A program made the position numbers and the translations under genes. A DNA stretch of 64,000 nucleotides. Origin: Gaiellales bacterium (GTDB lineage Bacteria; Actinomycetota; Thermoleophilia; Gaiellales; F1-60-MAGs149). This document shows positions 61,287 through 64,000 of the stretch, piece by piece (positions within the stretch are counted from its first letter, which is position 1; every line of letters starts with the position of its first letter). Location: contig JBKJIG010000044.1 of NCBI GenBank assembly GCA_046598415.1, positions 852 to 64,851 on the forward strand, in the 5' to 3' direction. The notes below the pieces were generated by a model. The model saw only the letters and a list, made by a program, of their open reading frames with translations. It searched no databases and was not told the origin of the DNA.

Positions 61287-62394
61287 TGGAGGCCGCGAGC
61301 GGTAGCTGGGCCCGCACGAGCAGACGGCCCGCTCCTTCTCGCACGGTGGTGAAGCTGCCGCCGTGCGCGGTCGCCCGTTCGCGCGCAGCCGCAAGGGCGG
61401 CGACGGCACCGCCGTGCGGCAACGAGCCATGAATCTCCAGCTCCAGCAATGTCCCCAGGTAGCGCAATCTCACGCCGGCTGGACCGTCGCCGGCGGCGGC
61501 GAACGCATCGAGGACGAGCTGGATCGTGCGGTAGGCGGCAAGCTCGACGCCCGCCGGCAACGGCCGCCGCCGTCCTTCGATCCGCAGCTCGACCACCCCG
61601 CCGCCGACGCGCGACTGCTGCAGCAAGGTCTCGAGCTGGGCGAGGGTCGGCCGCGGTGACGCGTCGCGCCCATCGCTGCGAAGCACGCCGAGCAACTCCC
61701 GGACCTGGTTGAGCGACTCCCGCCCCTCGCTCTCGATGCGCTGGAACGCCAGCCGCGCCGCCGCGGGCGAATGCTGTGCGTCCCGCTCGCCGCGGACGGC
61801 GAGCGCGACAACCGAGCGGATCCGCTCGCGCGCTGCGACGTCCAGCTCGGACGCGAGCCGCGCCCGCTCGAGCACGACCGCAAGCTGGGCGGTTGCGTCG
61901 CGGGTGCGCTCGAGGTCTCGTGTGCGCTGCGCGAGCTCGGCAGTCAGCCGTGCCCGGGAACGCGCCAAACGGCCGGCTGCCCAGACTCCCGCGGCGAGTA
62001 GAGGCACGAAAGCCGCGCCGGTGCCGAGCAGCGGATCGGTAGCGAGCAGGAAGGTGAGCCCGGCCAGCATCGCGGCGAGGCCGGCGAGCGCGGGGGTGCG
62101 CTCGCGTCGGGCTGCAAGGCTGAACACGATCAGCAGTGCCGCCGGGATGGCGACGCCGCACCGGGTTTGATCGAAAGTCGGGATTCCGCTCACCACCAGG
62201 CCGGCCGCGATCGCGACCGACGCCGCCAGAGGACGGCCGCGACGCCAGATCAGCGGCAGCGTCACCGCCGGGATGACGAGTGTGCCGATCACCGCCCCGG
62301 CACCGTCACCCGGCTGGAGCGTGCTCCACACGCCAGCCGCCGTCAGCGCGGCGGCAGTGGCGACATCAATCCAGATGCCGCGCTCTTGATCCAT
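61279..62394 (-). CDS. Histidine-kinase-like membrane protein with degenerate catalytic motifs (putative pseudokinase)
   Basis: ORF 61279..62394. Same architecture as the downstream kinase, but the H-box reads ERARLASELDVAARERI (no His). The N-box reads RTIQLVLDAFAAAG (no Asn/Lys-His). The G-boxes are replaced by IHGSLPHGG and AALAAARERATAHGG. Confidence 0.75.
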   Translation of the reverse strand: MDQERGIWIDVATAAALTAAGVWSTLQPGDGAGAVIGTLVIPAVTLPLIWRRGRPLAASVAIAAGLVVSGIPTFDQTRCGVAIPAALLIVFSLAARRERTPALAGLAAMLAGLTFLLATDPLLGTGAAFVPLLAAGVWAAGRLARSRARLTAELAQRTRDLERTRDATAQLAVVLERARLASELDVAARERIRSVVALAVRGERDAQHSPAAARLAFQRIESEGRESLNQVRELLGVLRSDGRDASPRPTLAQLETLLQQSRVGGGVVELRIEGRRRPLPAGVELAAYRTIQLVLDAFAAAGDGPAGVRLRYLGTLLELEIHGSLPHGGAVAALAAARERATAHGGSFTTVREGAGRLLVRAQLPLAASSG

Positions 62395-62501
62395 CGACGC
62401 GATGATATCCCGGTGCCGGGGCAGCTACCTCGTCCTGCGGGGCGAACCGCGGGTCCTCCCTGCGGATGAGGGGAAGGGTCACGGTCACTACGATCTCATC
62501 C

Positions 62502-63203
62502 ATGAATGCGGTCGATAGGAGCCCGGTTGAGCCCGTCTCGGTACTGATCGCGGACGATCAGGGCCTGGTTCGCGCTGGCTTTCGGCCGATTCTCGACGGA
62601 CAGCCCGGCATTTCGGTCGTCGCGGAAGCCAAGGACGGCAACGATGCGGTCGGCCTCGCCCGCAGGTGGCGTCCCCGGGTCGTGCTGATGGACATCCAGA
62701 TGCCCGGCCTCGACGGAATCGCCGCGACGCGCCGCATCCTCGCCGAGGCCGGTGACCAGACCGCGGTGCTGATGCTCACCACCTTCGACTTGAACGACTA
62801 CGTCTACGCCGCGTTGCGCGCAGGTGCCAGCGGCTTTCTTCTCAAGGACGTGCCGCCGGAGGACCTGATCGCGGCCGTACGCATCGTGGCCGAGGGGGAC
62901 GCGTTGATCGCCCCGGCGGTCACGAAGCGCCTGATCGAGAGCTTCGTCCGCACGGCGCCGCCGGACTCGACCGCCGCCGAGCTCCAGGCCCTCACCCCGC
63001 GCGAAGTCGAGGTGCTGACGCTCATCGCACGCGGGCTCTCCAACGCCGAGATCGCCGATGACCTCGTGGTCAGCAAGGCAACCGTCAAGACGCACGTCAA
63101 GCACGTGCTCGCGAAGCTCGGCGTGCGCGATCGCGTCCAGGCGGTGGTCTTCGCGTACGAAGCGGGCCTCATCACGCCGCGTCAGCCAGCTCCCCGCCCC
63201 TGA
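62502..63203 (+). CDS. NarL/FixJ-family response regulator (REC plus LuxR HTH)
   Basis: ORF 62466..63203; ATG at 62502 preferred (MNAVDRSPVEPVSVLIADDQ). REC Asp in VVLMDIQMPGLDG. HTH: LTPREVEVLTLIARGLSNAEIADDLVVSKATVKTHV. Confidence 0.9.
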   Translation: MNAVDRSPVEPVSVLIADDQGLVRAGFRPILDGQPGISVVAEAKDGNDAVGLARRWRPRVVLMDIQMPGLDGIAATRRILAEAGDQTAVLMLTTFDLNDYVYAALRAGASGFLLKDVPPEDLIAAVRIVAEGDALIAPAVTKRLIESFVRTAPPDSTAAELQALTPREVEVLTLIARGLSNAEIADDLVVSKATVKTHVKHVLAKLGVRDRVQAVVFAYEAGLITPRQPAPRP

Positions 63204-63221
63204 CACACGGCCGACGATCGG

Positions 63222-64000
63222 TCAGCGCGCGGTGAATCGGACGAACGGCGATGTCGCGGCCCGCTGGGCCGCGTTGCCCGTGAAGATCGCTCGCGCCCGC
63301 CACGCGCCGCGGCGACCGGCGGGCACGCGGTAGGAGACCGTGAAGGTGCCGGTCGGCGCCGTCCGCACGGAGACAATGCGGCGCCGCACCCAGCGAGTGC
63401 CGACCCTCTGCAAGATCTCGAACCTGACGGCATGTCGCGCCGGCAGCGCTGCCGAGCGCAACACACCGCGGATGATGATCCGCTTGCCGGCCGTGACCTT
63501 GGGGCTGCTCGCCTTCAGCGACAACGTGCTCGATGCGCGAGGCGTCAGTCGCGGCGTCGTCACGTGGACCGCCTGGCCGGCCTCCGCCACCGAGGCGACG
63601 AGCCACAGCTGTCGGCCGAGGTCTGCGGCGGACACGGTGTAGGCCGGCGTCGTTGCGCCCGCGATCGCTGCGCCGTCCCGCAGCCATCGGTACGTCGCCG
63701 TCGCCGGCAGGCTCCACCTGACGGTGGCTCGCAGCCTCGTTCCGACCGTGGCGGCGCTGCCGTTCAACGTCGCCGAGCCGGTCAGCAGCGCGGCGCTGCC
63801 GCCCAACGGCGCCGAGCCGGTCGGCAGCGGGGTGGTGATCGTCAGAATCTGGGTGGCAGTCCCGACGTTTCCGGCGGGATCCGAAGCTGACGCCACCACC
63901 GGCCAGGCGCCCAGGCCAACCAGCGTCGGCGTCGCGTTCCAGGTGCCGGTGCTCTGGACGAGGGTTGTCATCGTCTGCCCGGCGATCGTCACCGTAATGG
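63222..64000 (-). CDS. Ig-like (bacterial Ig/He_PIG-type) repeat surface protein, C-terminal part; 5' end beyond the right edge
   Basis: ORF 63222..63992 stays open to the window edge (..ITVTIAGQTMTT). Beta-rich repeats: ASDPAGNVGTATQILTITT and ATYRWLRDGAAIAGATTPAYTVSAADLG. Confidence 0.6.
   Translation of the reverse strand, partial: ITVTIAGQTMTTLVQSTGTWNATPTLVGLGAWPVVASASDPAGNVGTATQILTITTPLPTGSAPLGGSAALLTGSATLNGSAATVGTRLRATVRWSLPATATYRWLRDGAAIAGATTPAYTVSAADLGRQLWLVASVAEAGQAVHVTTPRLTPRASSTLSLKASSPKVTAGKRIIIRGVLRSAALPARHAVRFEILQRVGTRWVRRRIVSVRTAPTGTFTVSYRVPAGRRGAWRARAIFTGNAAQRAATSPFVRFTAR

Noticed and set aside
1-64000. Search for tRNA, rRNA, tmRNA, riboswitch-like leaders, transposases, integrases, toxin-antitoxin pairs and known defence genes.
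   Set aside because: I saw no T-loop or anticodon-arm patterns, no rRNA-like stretches, and no DDE, tyrosine-recombinase, TA or restriction/Cas/Abi-type motifs in any frame. Absence by eye is not proof; tRNAscan-SE, Infernal/Rfam and a defence-system HMM scan would be decisive.

Overview
Very GC-rich (about 70% or more by eye), gene-dense chromosomal segment that looks actinobacterial; the lineage guess is inference only. Most six-frame ORFs in the track are off-frame or antisense GC artefacts rich in Arg, Pro, Gly and Ala. After removing them I support about 65 protein-coding genes, 4 decayed or frameshifted genes, several strong hairpin terminators, and a dispersed palindromic repeat family with 4 copies. 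I saw no rRNA, tRNA, CRISPR array, transposase, integrase or prophage.

Content from left to right:
- Polyol-type operon (Zn-ADH, GntR, FGGY kinase).
- APC permease plus lutABC.
- Two separate amide/nitrile-type catabolic modules: CN-hydrolases, formamidase, amidases, aminotransferases, and DMT and NCS1 transporters.
- VKOR/DsbA pair, with a frameshifted dsbA.
- Fused pxpBC preceded by a 21-aa pxpA stump.
- Two ECF sigma/anti-sigma pairs.
- MMPL transporter.
- A yhfS/T/U/X/Y-type cluster of unknown function, next to an HPr-Enzyme I fusion and a stand-alone PRD protein.
- STAS and HD-GYP signalling genes.
- An actinobacterial stress triad plus CsbD.
- A NarL-type two-component system whose operon also carries a degenerate kinase paralog lacking the phospho-accepting His.

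The best candidate for an undescribed system is the PTS-linked yhf-like cluster at 40.7-49.2 kb.

All family assignments come from motif recognition by eye. No database search or computation was run. Start codons were chosen from frame arithmetic, RBS context and ATGA/GTGA overlaps, and several remain uncertain.
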